This document shows positions 10,124 through 20,135 of a DNA stretch of 64,000 nucleotides, piece after piece. Each line of letters starts with the position of its first letter. Position 1 is the first letter of the stretch. The stretch comes from Naegleria gruberi. Taxonomy: Eukaryota. Position numbers and translations under genes: made by a program. The stretch lies in NCBI GenBank assembly GCA_000004985.1, contig GG738901.1. One strand, written 5' to 3'. The notes beneath the pieces were generated by a model. The model did not search any database and was not told the origin of the DNA. It saw only the letters and a program-made list of their open reading frames with translations.

Positions 10124-10759
10124 ATGGCTATTAAAGTTTATGGATATGCTGCAGCACTTTGCACTCAACGTGTTTTGGCAACATTGAAGGAAAAACAATT
10201 GGATTACGAATTGATTGTTGTTAATTTGGCCTCTGGAGAACAAAAGCAAGCTCCTTACATTGAAAAACAACCTTTTGGAGTGATTCCAGTTCTTGAAGAT
10301 GGTGAATTCACTATTTATGAATCACGTGCTATCTGTAGATATTTGGAAAACAAGTACAAGACCAGTGGAAATCAACTCATTCCAACCAATCCTGAAGAAT
10401 TGGGTTTGTTCGAACAAGGTGCTTCTATTGAAACTTCCTATTGGGATCCAAATGCTTCTGCTATTTTATTTGAAAAAATTTTCAAGGCCATGAAGGGTTT
10501 AGGTGAAGCCGATGAATCAAGAGTTAAGGTTGCAAGTGAAAAATTAGCTCAATATTTGGATGTTTACGAAAAGATTTTGAGCAAACAAGAATATATTGGT
10601 GGAAATCAATTTACTCTTGCTGATTTGTTCCATCTTCCTTATGGAAGTCTCTTGTTCGTGCCTCAAGTTAATTTTGGTCATTTGTTATTGGAACGTCCAC
10701 ATGTTAAAACTTGGTGGGAAAAGATTACTTCTAGACCTGCATGGCAAGAAGTTGCTTAA
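10124..10759 (+). CDS. Glutathione S-transferase
   Basis: MAIKVYGYAAALCTQRVLATLKEKQLDYELIVVNLASGEQKQAPYIEKQPFGVIPVLEDGEFTIYESRAICRYL. This is a thioredoxin-fold GST N-domain with the conserved cis-Pro/ESRAI motif, followed by a helical C-domain. Single exon. Confidence 0.85.
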   Translation: MAIKVYGYAAALCTQRVLATLKEKQLDYELIVVNLASGEQKQAPYIEKQPFGVIPVLEDGEFTIYESRAICRYLENKYKTSGNQLIPTNPEELGLFEQGASIETSYWDPNASAILFEKIFKAMKGLGEADESRVKVASEKLAQYLDVYEKILSKQEYIGGNQFTLADLFHLPYGSLLFVPQVNFGHLLLERPHVKTWWEKITSRPAWQEVA

Positions 10760-11093
10760 TTGCGTTAAATTTGTAAATTAAAAATATTTTTTGTAAACTT
10801 TACAAAATTTACTCATCGAAAAGTTCCTACACTATACGTAAACATTCAAATCAATTGTTTCTTGAATGCGTCAGTATTTCTCTTTCAAAAAGAACTTGAG
10901 AAATAGGAGAGCACTATCAATTAATTTGTGAATCTTTAAACACCTCTCTGAGTATATTTTCAGCAGAGTATCTCAATGATTCATTTCTCTCTTTTGAAAT
11001 CAAATTGCTAACTGATGAATTTGTAAATTTTCAAAATATCTATAATTTACAAACATTTCCAACTTATTATAATCTTTCAGAATTTTTTGTATC

Positions 11094-13120
11094 TTAATAA
11101 TGTCTTTGTTGACCACTCCAAAAGGTACAACTAGGTCTGAAATCTTCTTGTTGTGCATACATTTGACATCCCTTAAATGCCTCCTTTTCCATAGCTGTAA
11201 TTATTGAAGTATTTGGTAAGACTTTTGTAATTGTTGTAATCCAATTTTCTTCCGGCTTAACAACTATCACAGGAGTATTCGTGGAAACTAGCAATTGGTT
11301 AAGAGATTTTTTAAGCTCCTTTTCTAATGAATTCACAATGCAACTATCTCCATCAAATGATTGATAGTTGGCAACCTTACTAATGGTGATATGTACATCC
11401 TTCTCTATAACAACACAATTTGGAATGTTATGGTAATAAGCTATCATTACATGTCTTGATATGAAGCAAACAGCTGGTACTTGAGTATTGAGAGTCACAT
11501 TAATGAACTGTGCAAAGTTCCTCTTTTTGAGAAGGTAGGGTGGGATTGAAATTAACAGTGGATGCCTTGGTGAGATAACTATTTGATCACAAATTTTGGA
11601 AAAGAATGTTCCAACATTAAGTTCATGGATATGTCGATAATCGTCATCAGGATCATTTAGATAATCAAATACAGACCCTTGATGGGATCCTATTTTACCA
11701 ATCATAGCATCAGAGTAACTGTAAAAATTAAAGCTATAATTGAGGTGTTAATATTAGTGAATGAAATTAAGATTACTTACTGAACACCACTGTTTCTGCC
11801 AACGTATGGTTCCACTGTGTTTGGTGTTTCAACATTGAAAAGGCCATAGGTTGCCATCTCACTTGTAAAATCGATGCAAATAGCTTTGAAAGAATGTTCT
11901 GTGAAATTTCGAACTCTGACATGATGATACCAATCAATAGGTATGCCACTTTCACATAATTTACGGAAAGTGGTGCCATTCCAATATTTTTGATAGACTG
12001 ATTTCCAAATAATTGGTGATCGTGCAAGTTGATTCAAATATCTATTCAATGGTAAAACTATTGAGCATATTTCACTCTCCTTAAGAAAAGAAAATACGGT
12101 GAAGATAATCTCTTCTGGAAGAATTGTCAAATTGTTTTGCTCGATATTCTCTACAAGACCCTCTGGAATAAAGTAGTGTCTATTCAAAAGATATTCAAAG
12201 GTCTTTCCACTATCAACTAGCATCTGTTGTCCAGCTAAATAACTTTCTGAAGCAGCATAAACATCTCCATTCTTTTCCAATCTTTCGCTCTCTTTGAATA
12301 ATTGGCCAATTTTTTGATATGCCTCTGATTGCTCGAATTTTTCATCTCTTGGAATTGATAAAGAATCAACTCTGAGATACATAATTTCAGTTCTCAAAAT
12401 ATACTTGGTTCCTTTTGTTACAGGACAACCTTCATGATAAAAATCCTGATTGAAAAGAGCCAATTGACCCAATGATGGTTTTAAGGTATGCAAGAGACTG
12501 TATTCTTCAAAGTCAGAGTCTGTCTTTGTTGGATCATTGTAAAATCTTGTTTCTCCCCCTTTAAAATCCTGATTCAGATAGATCAGTAATGTGTAAATAC
12601 TTCTCTCATGCTCACTCCTTCTGAATTGACCATCAGTGTGTATTTTGAAATACTCTCCTGGTTCATACTTGCTTAATCTCATCATTTCATTAATTCCACA
12701 AGCTTTCCATTCACCTCTGCTATCCAAACCATAAGGAGTAATCAATTTTCCAATAGCATCTAAATCAATCGTCTCTTTGAGACGTTCAAATATTAGTTTT
12801 GCAAACTCCTTATCAGTAATCAGCTCCCTAGAAGCATTTCTATACTCCTTCGGATATTCATCTTCCAGGTTCTTAAAATCATTACACCTCTTGATCATAT
12901 CATTACACTCTTCACTGGTAAAAAAGTTCGGAATGGCCATCAATCTGTTCATACAAGTCTGATGGATTGGATGTTTTACTTTCGACAGCTTGGTCTCAAA
13001 TGATCGGGATGAAAATTGAACAATTTCATGGACTGGCAAAAGATCGCCTGGCTCAATAATAGAAAACTTTGTCTTGTGGCGAATATCGCGTTCCTTTCCC
13101 CTCGCATGTTTGTTTCCCAT
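11094..13120 (-). CDS. Prolyl-4-hydroxylase-like 2OG-Fe(II) oxygenase fused to an F-box domain, plus a C-terminal ~200-aa extension (2 exons)
   Basis: N-terminus MGNKHARGK could be a myristoylation site. The P4H core is ...YFKIHTDGQF (HxD)...IYTLLIYLNQDFKGGETRFY...FYHEGCPVTKGTKYILRTEIMY (distal His plus 2OG-binding K/R). The F-box reads LPEEIIFTVFSFLKESEICSIVLPLNRYLNQLARSPIIWKSVY. The ORF ends GVQ followed directly by GTAAGTAATC. The intron spans about 11718-11779 and ends TTTTACAG. Translation continues in frame through the 11705..11094 ORF (SYSDAMIGKIGSHQG...). Confidence 0.7.
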
Positions 13121-13367
13121 CTCAAAAAATTTGCGTGGTTTTTACAAGGTGAATTGTTGCTGAATTTTTTTGTTTTGGAAAAAAGTGCGCAAGTGATATG
13201 TGAAGGAACTTTAAAGTACATGATACGGCTAACATTTGTTCAACTAAATACATGTTCTTATCAACATACACTGTTGGTGTTCCGAGTTGAAATCAGATTC
13301 AATAAAATGAGGAAACAGCTGTCCTGTAAAACATTGTAACAACACATTGATTCATGAATAAGAAAAA

Positions 13368-13616
13368 AGTGAGAAAAAAGTGACAGAAGGTTCAGGCAGA
13401 GCTTTTTTCACAGCAATCCAATCTTCCTGATTTCTGCCACCTATAGAATATTTGGTATATTTCTTAATAGTTTGTTTGCTGAATAGATTGCTGGTAATGT
13501 TAGTAAGGATAACATTTCCAATATGTTGTAAAAGAAATATGAGGGATATATTTTGGTTTATCTTTAATTTTTTGGATCGTTTTCTTTCCAAATTGAACTT
13601 TCATTAAGGCTCCAAA
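13368..13616. repeat. Dispersed ~240-bp repeat, copy C
   Basis: About 90% identical to copy B. It lies between the 5' end of the P4H/F-box gene and the 3' end of the N/Q-rich gene. Confidence 0.8.
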
Positions 13617-13883
13617 ATTAAACAATTTTCACAATTCAATACTTTCTTCTTAAATTCTAACAAAACATAAAAAATTTATTGATTGTGAACGCAAGTTAAG
13701 ATACACTCTCTTATGTGGACTGTTCAACAACACGGGTGTGGATTGGAATTGCTTTCTATGTGTGAAAAATTCAAGTATTAACCAATACAGACACATATTG
13801 TTGAATACAGCAAAATTTGTTGGACTATTTACAATTGTTTGGGTTGATTAGTTGATAAATTGTTGAGAGTACTACTCTGAATA

Positions 13884-16187
13884 TTATTGATTAGCAAAGA
13901 ATTTGTAGTACTTTTGATTTGGATTCTTTGATTTAAATTTGTACTCATCATAAATGTTGTGTCTCAAAACATATTGAGGCATGTAGTTCTTCTTACTAAA
14001 CAAAGCTTGTTGTTGTTGAAGAGATAATTCACCAGTATTGGTTGCATCGATGAATGTGAAATTGCCAGAGGATTGTTCCATATTTTGCATTTGCATTGGT
14101 TGTTGCATATTTTGCATTGTGTCATTAGTTTGAGGTGACATGGAGGCAATTGGAGAAGATTTCTTTCTAGCTTGTTTTTCAAATGCAACTTGAATATTAC
14201 CATCACTTTGACTTCTCTTCTTTCTATTTTCAACATTTGTAATCTTGGCAATGTTTGGTGAAACAACAGTTGCGTTTTGTTTAACATTTCCTTCATCATC
14301 ACAAGAGTAGGTATGGAATTGAAGTGAATTAGTTCTCTTATTTGAGGCTGCCATTTGCTTTCCAATGAGTACATTAGCAGATCCAGATCTAGATCTTGAA
14401 TTACTCCTAGTAGATGATGCAGTTGACATTGCATTAGAAATATAGGAAGTTGTAGGACTTCCATATGCAGTATTGTTAAAAGTATTTGGAGAGGATGAAT
14501 TTGACATGGATGGTGAAGGAATCATCATTCCCATAACAGGAGATGATGGTTCTGACATGGTATACAAATTTCCAACTCCATTTCCTCTATTAAATTGTTG
14601 TTGTTGTTGTTGTTGGATAACAATACCATTATTATTCATCATTTGATTATTAGTTGTCGCGCCATTAAACATGATTTGATTATTATTAGGGAAATTAACC
14701 ATAGTAGTGTTGGTATTTGGTGAATTATTACCACTGCCACTACCACCATTATTGTTAAACATGATATTTCCACCACCCATCAAATTACTGTTATTTGAAC
14801 TACTTCTGACATGAATATGTTTTTGTAAATTAATTGAACCTGATTGAGTAGAATCAATACTCATAACAGAAGAGGTAGAATTTGAACGCTTTTGTCTACC
14901 TGCCATTCTAATCAAGTTATTTTCAACCTTCTTAACTGGGAATTGATTATTGACAACCATTGAAGGTGATTGTGGAGTACCAACACTCATACTCATATTT
15001 TGGAATGGATTGATAAAAGTAGTTGGTGAGTTATTACCACTATTTGGAGTTGAAATCATATTATTATTATTAGTAGAAATAGCCATATTATGTTGTTGGG
15101 TATTCACCATCATGTTTTGTTGTTGCAATTGTTGCTGAATGGATAATTGATTCATAGATTGCATCATCATTAACATATCAACAGAATTATTAGAAGCAGT
15201 ATTATTAGCAGCATTATTAAAACCAACCAATTGTTGTGGTTGATGATAATTAGTTGCCTGTTGATGATTTACCATCATATTAGCAGCTGCATTATTAAAA
15301 CCATTATTATTATTAATATTAATATTATTCATATTATTATTCTGTTGTTGTTGTTGATCAAAGCCTTGAATTGGTAACATGACCAATTGGCCATTATTAT
15401 TATTACCATTGTTATTCGTACCAACTAGATGATTCTCTTGCTTGACTACAAAGTTTGTTTGCAAATTTCCAATCACTTGATGTCCGAGTGGACCAAACGA
15501 AATAACGCCATTATTATTATTATTATTAATAATATTGCTGTGTTGTGCGCCTACTACAGTGTTGTTTGCGTTATTGTTGTTGATAATATTATTGCGTTGT
15601 TGTTGTTGTGCTTGTTGATGATGATGAACGTTGGAAACTTGCAAACCGAGAGAGGAATCATAATCACTCAAGGCTTGATCAATTTCCTTATAGTAGAAAT
15701 CATTAGGGTTTTCATGTTGTTGTTGTTGTTGGTGGTGATGAGAAGCAATATTGAAATTATTGGCAGAGCCTTCATCGAGCAAGGAAGTAGTACTACTACC
15801 TTGTTGTGAATCGAATGGATGAGCAGAATTTCCCACCTGTTGTTGTTGTTGTTGACTTGCTGTGGAGGTTGAATAGAGTGAATGTTGTTGTGGTTGATTG
15901 TGTGAAGTATTGCTATAATTATTATTAACATGAGTTGGTTGGTCAAAGGAACCGAAAGTGTTGGAATCCAAATAGGAAACACCATTACCAGTGGCAGATT
16001 GTGAAAATTGAGAGTTTGTTGGATTATTAATGAAAGAATTCATGAGGTCATGTGTGGAAGTTTGTGAGAGGAGTAATTCAAAGTCATCAGTGTCAATAAA
16101 GTCATCTTCAATATTGTTGTTATCATTGAGAGAGGAAACAACCGACGAAGAAACACCAAGAGAACGATAAGGATCTTCGTTAGACAT
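13884..16187 (-). CDS. N/Q/S-rich low-complexity protein (767 aa), possibly a nuclear regulator
   Basis: Long ORF with poly-Q, poly-N and poly-H-Q runs and an S-rich tail. I recognise no folded domain. The codon periodicity is maintained throughout. Confidence 0.5.
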   Translation of the reverse strand: MSNEDPYRSLGVSSSVVSSLNDNNNIEDDFIDTDDFELLLSQTSTHDLMNSFINNPTNSQFSQSATGNGVSYLDSNTFGSFDQPTHVNNNYSNTSHNQPQQHSLYSTSTASQQQQQQVGNSAHPFDSQQGSSTTSLLDEGSANNFNIASHHHQQQQQHENPNDFYYKEIDQALSDYDSSLGLQVSNVHHHQQAQQQQRNNIINNNNANNTVVGAQHSNIINNNNNNGVISFGPLGHQVIGNLQTNFVVKQENHLVGTNNNGNNNNGQLVMLPIQGFDQQQQQNNNMNNININNNNGFNNAAANMMVNHQQATNYHQPQQLVGFNNAANNTASNNSVDMLMMMQSMNQLSIQQQLQQQNMMVNTQQHNMAISTNNNNMISTPNSGNNSPTTFINPFQNMSMSVGTPQSPSMVVNNQFPVKKVENNLIRMAGRQKRSNSTSSVMSIDSTQSGSINLQKHIHVRSSSNNSNLMGGGNIMFNNNGGSGSGNNSPNTNTTMVNFPNNNQIMFNGATTNNQMMNNNGIVIQQQQQQQFNRGNGVGNLYTMSEPSSPVMGMMIPSPSMSNSSSPNTFNNTAYGSPTTSYISNAMSTASSTRSNSRSRSGSANVLIGKQMAASNKRTNSLQFHTYSCDDEGNVKQNATVVSPNIAKITNVENRKKRSQSDGNIQVAFEKQARKKSSPIASMSPQTNDTMQNMQQPMQMQNMEQSSGNFTFIDATNTGELSLQQQQALFSKKNYMPQYVLRHNIYDEYKFKSKNPNQKYYKFFANQ

Positions 16188-16703
16188 TTTATTTTGAATA
16201 TTTTTTAACTGACAGCTGTCTGAATTGAGTCTTGACTTTACAGGAAATTACCTTAGGATATCATCGGCAGTTTAGTTGAGATTACGCAGGTTGCTAAAAC
16301 TACTCTGTTATCCCAATACCCTCACAAGATTTCAAGGTATAATAATAATCTTTAAAAAACCATTCATTGTTAAAATTTAATTATCAACTTGGTCAACTAT
16401 AATTCTTGTAAACAAAAACGAATCGTTGGAAGAATCCAAGTGATCGGGGCCAAAACTCGTCGAAGAGGCAGCGCCAATATAACCCTTTCGATTTGGATAT
16501 GCCTGTTGCTTTTCACAGATGGCACAAAAGAACTAGAATTGAAATTGTAAACGCGCTCGGTTGGTCTATTAGACATTCGCATAAATTTTCATTGAAACTC
16601 TTTATCCTTGAGAATCAGGACTACCTAACAGAGTAACCATTCAACCAATAAGATTGATTCAATGGAGAACACTAAGGTGTTATTCAACACAGTTGTTTGA
16701 TTT

Positions 16704-17570
16704 CTACTGTAGATTCAAGCCCGTAGTTGATTGTTGGTTTAGTGCTGGATAATAAAGTAAATGTCTAAAGGTTAGGGAAATTCTTCTTGGAAACCTCTTT
16801 TTTCTTTTAATTCCATGTTTCCAGTCATATCTTCCTTCCTTAGACATAATCAATAAAGAGTTTGGTTCCAATGTTAATTTAAATTTCATATCTGGATTGT
16901 TTGCACTCTCAAAATCCATTTGGCATTCGTTCACCAATGAAAGACAAACTATTTCCTTTCCAAATACCTTTACATTATCTACATGTTTGGCAATTGACTG
17001 CTCATAATATTCCTGAACTAAACATTGATTAATTCTATCATCTATGACTTGTTCTAGAGATGGTGCTTCCCATTCAAAAGAGGAAGGATCATTTGAATTT
17101 TCATAATACTCATCCAACCCTTTAATTTCCTCATCTTTCATAAAGTTAATTCCGAAATCCCTTTCAACAGGCTTTGAAACAAACGACAATTCATCAAGCA
17201 AGAGTGGTGATTTTCTCATTGGTTGCAAGCCTGGATGAAATAATTTAGTAAAATAGTAGTGAATTCCATAGCATTGAATTCTTCGGGAAAGTAGTGAATC
17301 ATACCACGAATGATTATCGAGAGTACTTAATAATTTACTTCCCTCATCATGGGAAAGATAATTCGGAACATAAATTAATCCTTCAATTTCTTCACCAGTA
17401 ATTGGATTCTTCACATAACCTGATGAATTACCAGAGGCAGTTGGTACATGTTGATCCGACACATCACTAGTTGAATAACAAGCTTTTTGTACTATTGATA
17501 ATAGAGAAGGAAGGCTTTGAAAATTATTTCTCTTGTTGTGCATGAGAGCGGGAAGGAATTTTTTGAGCAT
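16704..17570 (-). CDS. AlkB-family (ALKBH7-like) 2OG-Fe(II) oxygenase, probably mitochondrial
   Basis: The N-terminus is basic and amphipathic, like a mitochondrial presequence. I see SRRIQCYG, a characteristic AlkB-homolog motif. The HxD is KHVDNVKVFG, the distal His is DWKHGI and the Arg is RISLTFRH. Confidence 0.6.
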   Translation of the reverse strand: MLKKFLPALMHNKRNNFQSLPSLLSIVQKACYSTSDVSDQHVPTASGNSSGYVKNPITGEEIEGLIYVPNYLSHDEGSKLLSTLDNHSWYDSLLSRRIQCYGIHYYFTKLFHPGLQPMRKSPLLLDELSFVSKPVERDFGINFMKDEEIKGLDEYYENSNDPSSFEWEAPSLEQVIDDRINQCLVQEYYEQSIAKHVDNVKVFGKEIVCLSLVNECQMDFESANNPDMKFKLTLEPNSLLIMSKEGRYDWKHGIKRKKRFPRRISLTFRHLLYYPALNQQSTTGLNLQ

Positions 17571-17786
17571 TCTTTTGAAATTATTTCTGAATATTACATT
17601 TGTTTATTAATTTAATATTTTCAATTAAATAGCAGGGTAAAATTTTGAAATATTTGTTTTAATGAGTCCTTCTCTTGGTCGTTCATTAATATCTTCCTTG
17701 TTTATTCATGGAGTTGATTACTGTATTCCGATTTGCCAACTTTTAGTGGAATTGTAATGTTAGCAATTTAAAATAAACCAAAAAAA

Positions 17787-20135
17787 ATGGCGCGTACACG
17801 AGGTAGCATTAGAAATAATGGCTATCCAGATGTTACTAGAATGGCTCCTCGTAAATTATATTTAGAAGAAAAACCACCAATAAAAGAATATTTGAGAAGG
17901 TTTGAAAAAGCACTCAGTAGTAATCCTGATGAATTTGATATGACTGTGTATGAGGCTTGTCCCGATATTACCAAACTTTGGATTATTCAAGATCAGAGAA
18001 AGCCAAAAGTAGTTGATCAAGAAATCTCGTGGGAGGGTTCATTTGAATTGTTGGAACATTTACCAAATGAATTAAAATTGGAAATTATTGATTTTATTCC
18101 AACCCGTAGTTTGCATCAAATGCATAGAAGAAGACTTGAAAAATTGGGAGAAGATATTTTAATGGAGTCTGTGAATGAGAAATGTTTATATTATTTGGAT
18201 AAACCTTTTGTGACCTATCACAAGATGAGAATAATTAACAAGGAGTGTGCCAGAAGAATGAATTTAAAGATTTTAGCAACTGACAGCTTTGATCTGTCAT
18301 CTTTTCACGATGAGATTTCAGTTGATAGAAAAAGGTCATTGTACTATTTTTTAGAGTTCATACGAGTACAATCTTTATTGGAACGAAAAGAAATTTCCTT
18401 AGATAATCCGTTTATATATGAAGGAGTTGAAAATATCAAAAAGTTGGACAAGAAAATATTCATTTCCGAACCAGAATTATTTCCTAAAAACACGGATATT
18501 CCTTCTACAGATCAAAATGAGCCAATAAGCTCGGAAACTTTTCAAACAATCACTACTGAACTTGAAGATGAAAAATTGGAAGACTTGCTTTCTGAAAAAC
18601 TATCCATCTACGTAACTCCTACAAGAAGAAGACGTAAACCACAATTTGTAGAAAAAAGGGACACAAAAGCTATTGAAAAGGCTCAATTTTATCAAGAACT
18701 AGTTCCAGCAGATAACATTCCGACAAAAATTACTTTAGACCATCTGAATGCTAATTTTCTTGAGGAGGTATCACAATATTTAGGAGAAAATAATACTATC
18801 AAGCACATAGTATTTAGTGGAATGGATTCGGCATTTCTTACTTGGATATTGAAATCACTCAAAGGGTTGAAAACAGTTGACATGGTATCTTGTGTTGTAC
18901 CGCCTTACTTTGTGACCGATCAAGGCAATTTGCACAATATTGAAAGGATATCTTTTTTCAATTGTGCAAATGTTTTTATAGACGAGTTTGAAAATCTTGC
19001 AAACTCTCTTTCAAGATCTTGTATAATAGAAAGCTTTCTTAATGATGAGGAGGAGCATTGTGACTTTGATGGCCAGTTCAAATACTTTGTCAATGATGAA
19101 CTCCAAACTGAATCAATTGGTGATGATAATGAGAAGCTCGTGATTCATTCCCACTCAAACGACACTTTCATCTTGAACGAGAGAATGAAGACTTTTTTTT
19201 CGTATGATTATTTCAGATGCACAGGTGCAAATCATCCTTTAAATTTCTTACAATTCCAAGATGCCCTCCCAATCAAACAAAAGAAAAATATTTCTGAATT
19301 CATGTTTAAGGAGAAAAGGATTCCAATAGAATTCTCCATAGCAATGATAGCAAATAATGAGCCAAATCTCATTTACTGTTATATTATTTATTTGGCTAAT
19401 ACCTATCAGAATGGTAGATTGCAAACGCCTACCGTTGATGGAACAATTTCTAGCTTAAAATATGGATGGATACCAACAAAAATGATGCAAGAACTCACTC
19501 TCAACACCCTAACATCAGATTACCTACCTTTAGCACTGAACTATATGAAAAACAAACTATCTGTAAGAATATTTGCCCAATTTTTGAGAGATTTATTGCT
19601 TGAGAGGATTTTTGGACACAACACTAACGATAATGAATTATTTGCCATTTATACAGTTATTAAGAAGGTTTTACCCACAGAAGAGAAACATGTATTATAT
19701 GAACATGTTAAATGCATTTCAAACAAAAATGCTGAAAAGTATTTGCCTTCTGTTACCGTTCCTATCCTGGGTCTAATTTTCAACAATTTCCAACTTGGTG
19801 TTGCATTGTTGAATGAAATGAGTGACTATGAGTTGCTTTTTCAAAATGAGTTGGGAGACACAATTTTACATTTTCCATTGGCTCATGATAATTTACTTAT
19901 CAATATGATTTTAGAAAAACAACCCAAATTAGCTAAAATTGTAAATAATTACAATAGCACAATTCTTCATAACTTTACAGCAGATAATTACTATCGTATT
20001 CCAGTAATTTACAACCTGATTCACAAATTTGATGCAGATCCAAATCATAGAGACATATTTGGCAACACACCATTTGATGAAGGCAATTTCAATTTTGATT
20101 ACGAGACAGGTATTATATCTCATAGATTCAACTAA
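17787..20135 (+). CDS. F-box-like / ankyrin-repeat protein (782 aa)
   Basis: The segment LEHLPNELKLEIIDFIPTRSLHQMHRRRL is F-box-like. The C-terminus has ankyrin-type repeats (GDTILHFPLAHDNLLINMILEK...ADPNHRDIFGNTPFD). Confidence 0.55.
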   Translation: MARTRGSIRNNGYPDVTRMAPRKLYLEEKPPIKEYLRRFEKALSSNPDEFDMTVYEACPDITKLWIIQDQRKPKVVDQEISWEGSFELLEHLPNELKLEIIDFIPTRSLHQMHRRRLEKLGEDILMESVNEKCLYYLDKPFVTYHKMRIINKECARRMNLKILATDSFDLSSFHDEISVDRKRSLYYFLEFIRVQSLLERKEISLDNPFIYEGVENIKKLDKKIFISEPELFPKNTDIPSTDQNEPISSETFQTITTELEDEKLEDLLSEKLSIYVTPTRRRRKPQFVEKRDTKAIEKAQFYQELVPADNIPTKITLDHLNANFLEEVSQYLGENNTIKHIVFSGMDSAFLTWILKSLKGLKTVDMVSCVVPPYFVTDQGNLHNIERISFFNCANVFIDEFENLANSLSRSCIIESFLNDEEEHCDFDGQFKYFVNDELQTESIGDDNEKLVIHSHSNDTFILNERMKTFFSYDYFRCTGANHPLNFLQFQDALPIKQKKNISEFMFKEKRIPIEFSIAMIANNEPNLIYCYIIYLANTYQNGRLQTPTVDGTISSLKYGWIPTKMMQELTLNTLTSDYLPLALNYMKNKLSVRIFAQFLRDLLLERIFGHNTNDNELFAIYTVIKKVLPTEEKHVLYEHVKCISNKNAEKYLPSVTVPILGLIFNNFQLGVALLNEMSDYELLFQNELGDTILHFPLAHDNLLINMILEKQPKLAKIVNNYNSTILHNFTADNYYRIPVIYNLIHKFDADPNHRDIFGNTPFDEGNFNFDYETGIISHRFN

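Noticed and set aside
16200-16700. Relatively GC-richer non-coding stretch between two minus-strand genes, considered as a possible ncRNA
   Set aside because: No convincing stems or known RNA motifs. It is most simply the promoter/5' UTR of the 13884-16187 gene and the 3' UTR of the ALKBH7-like gene.
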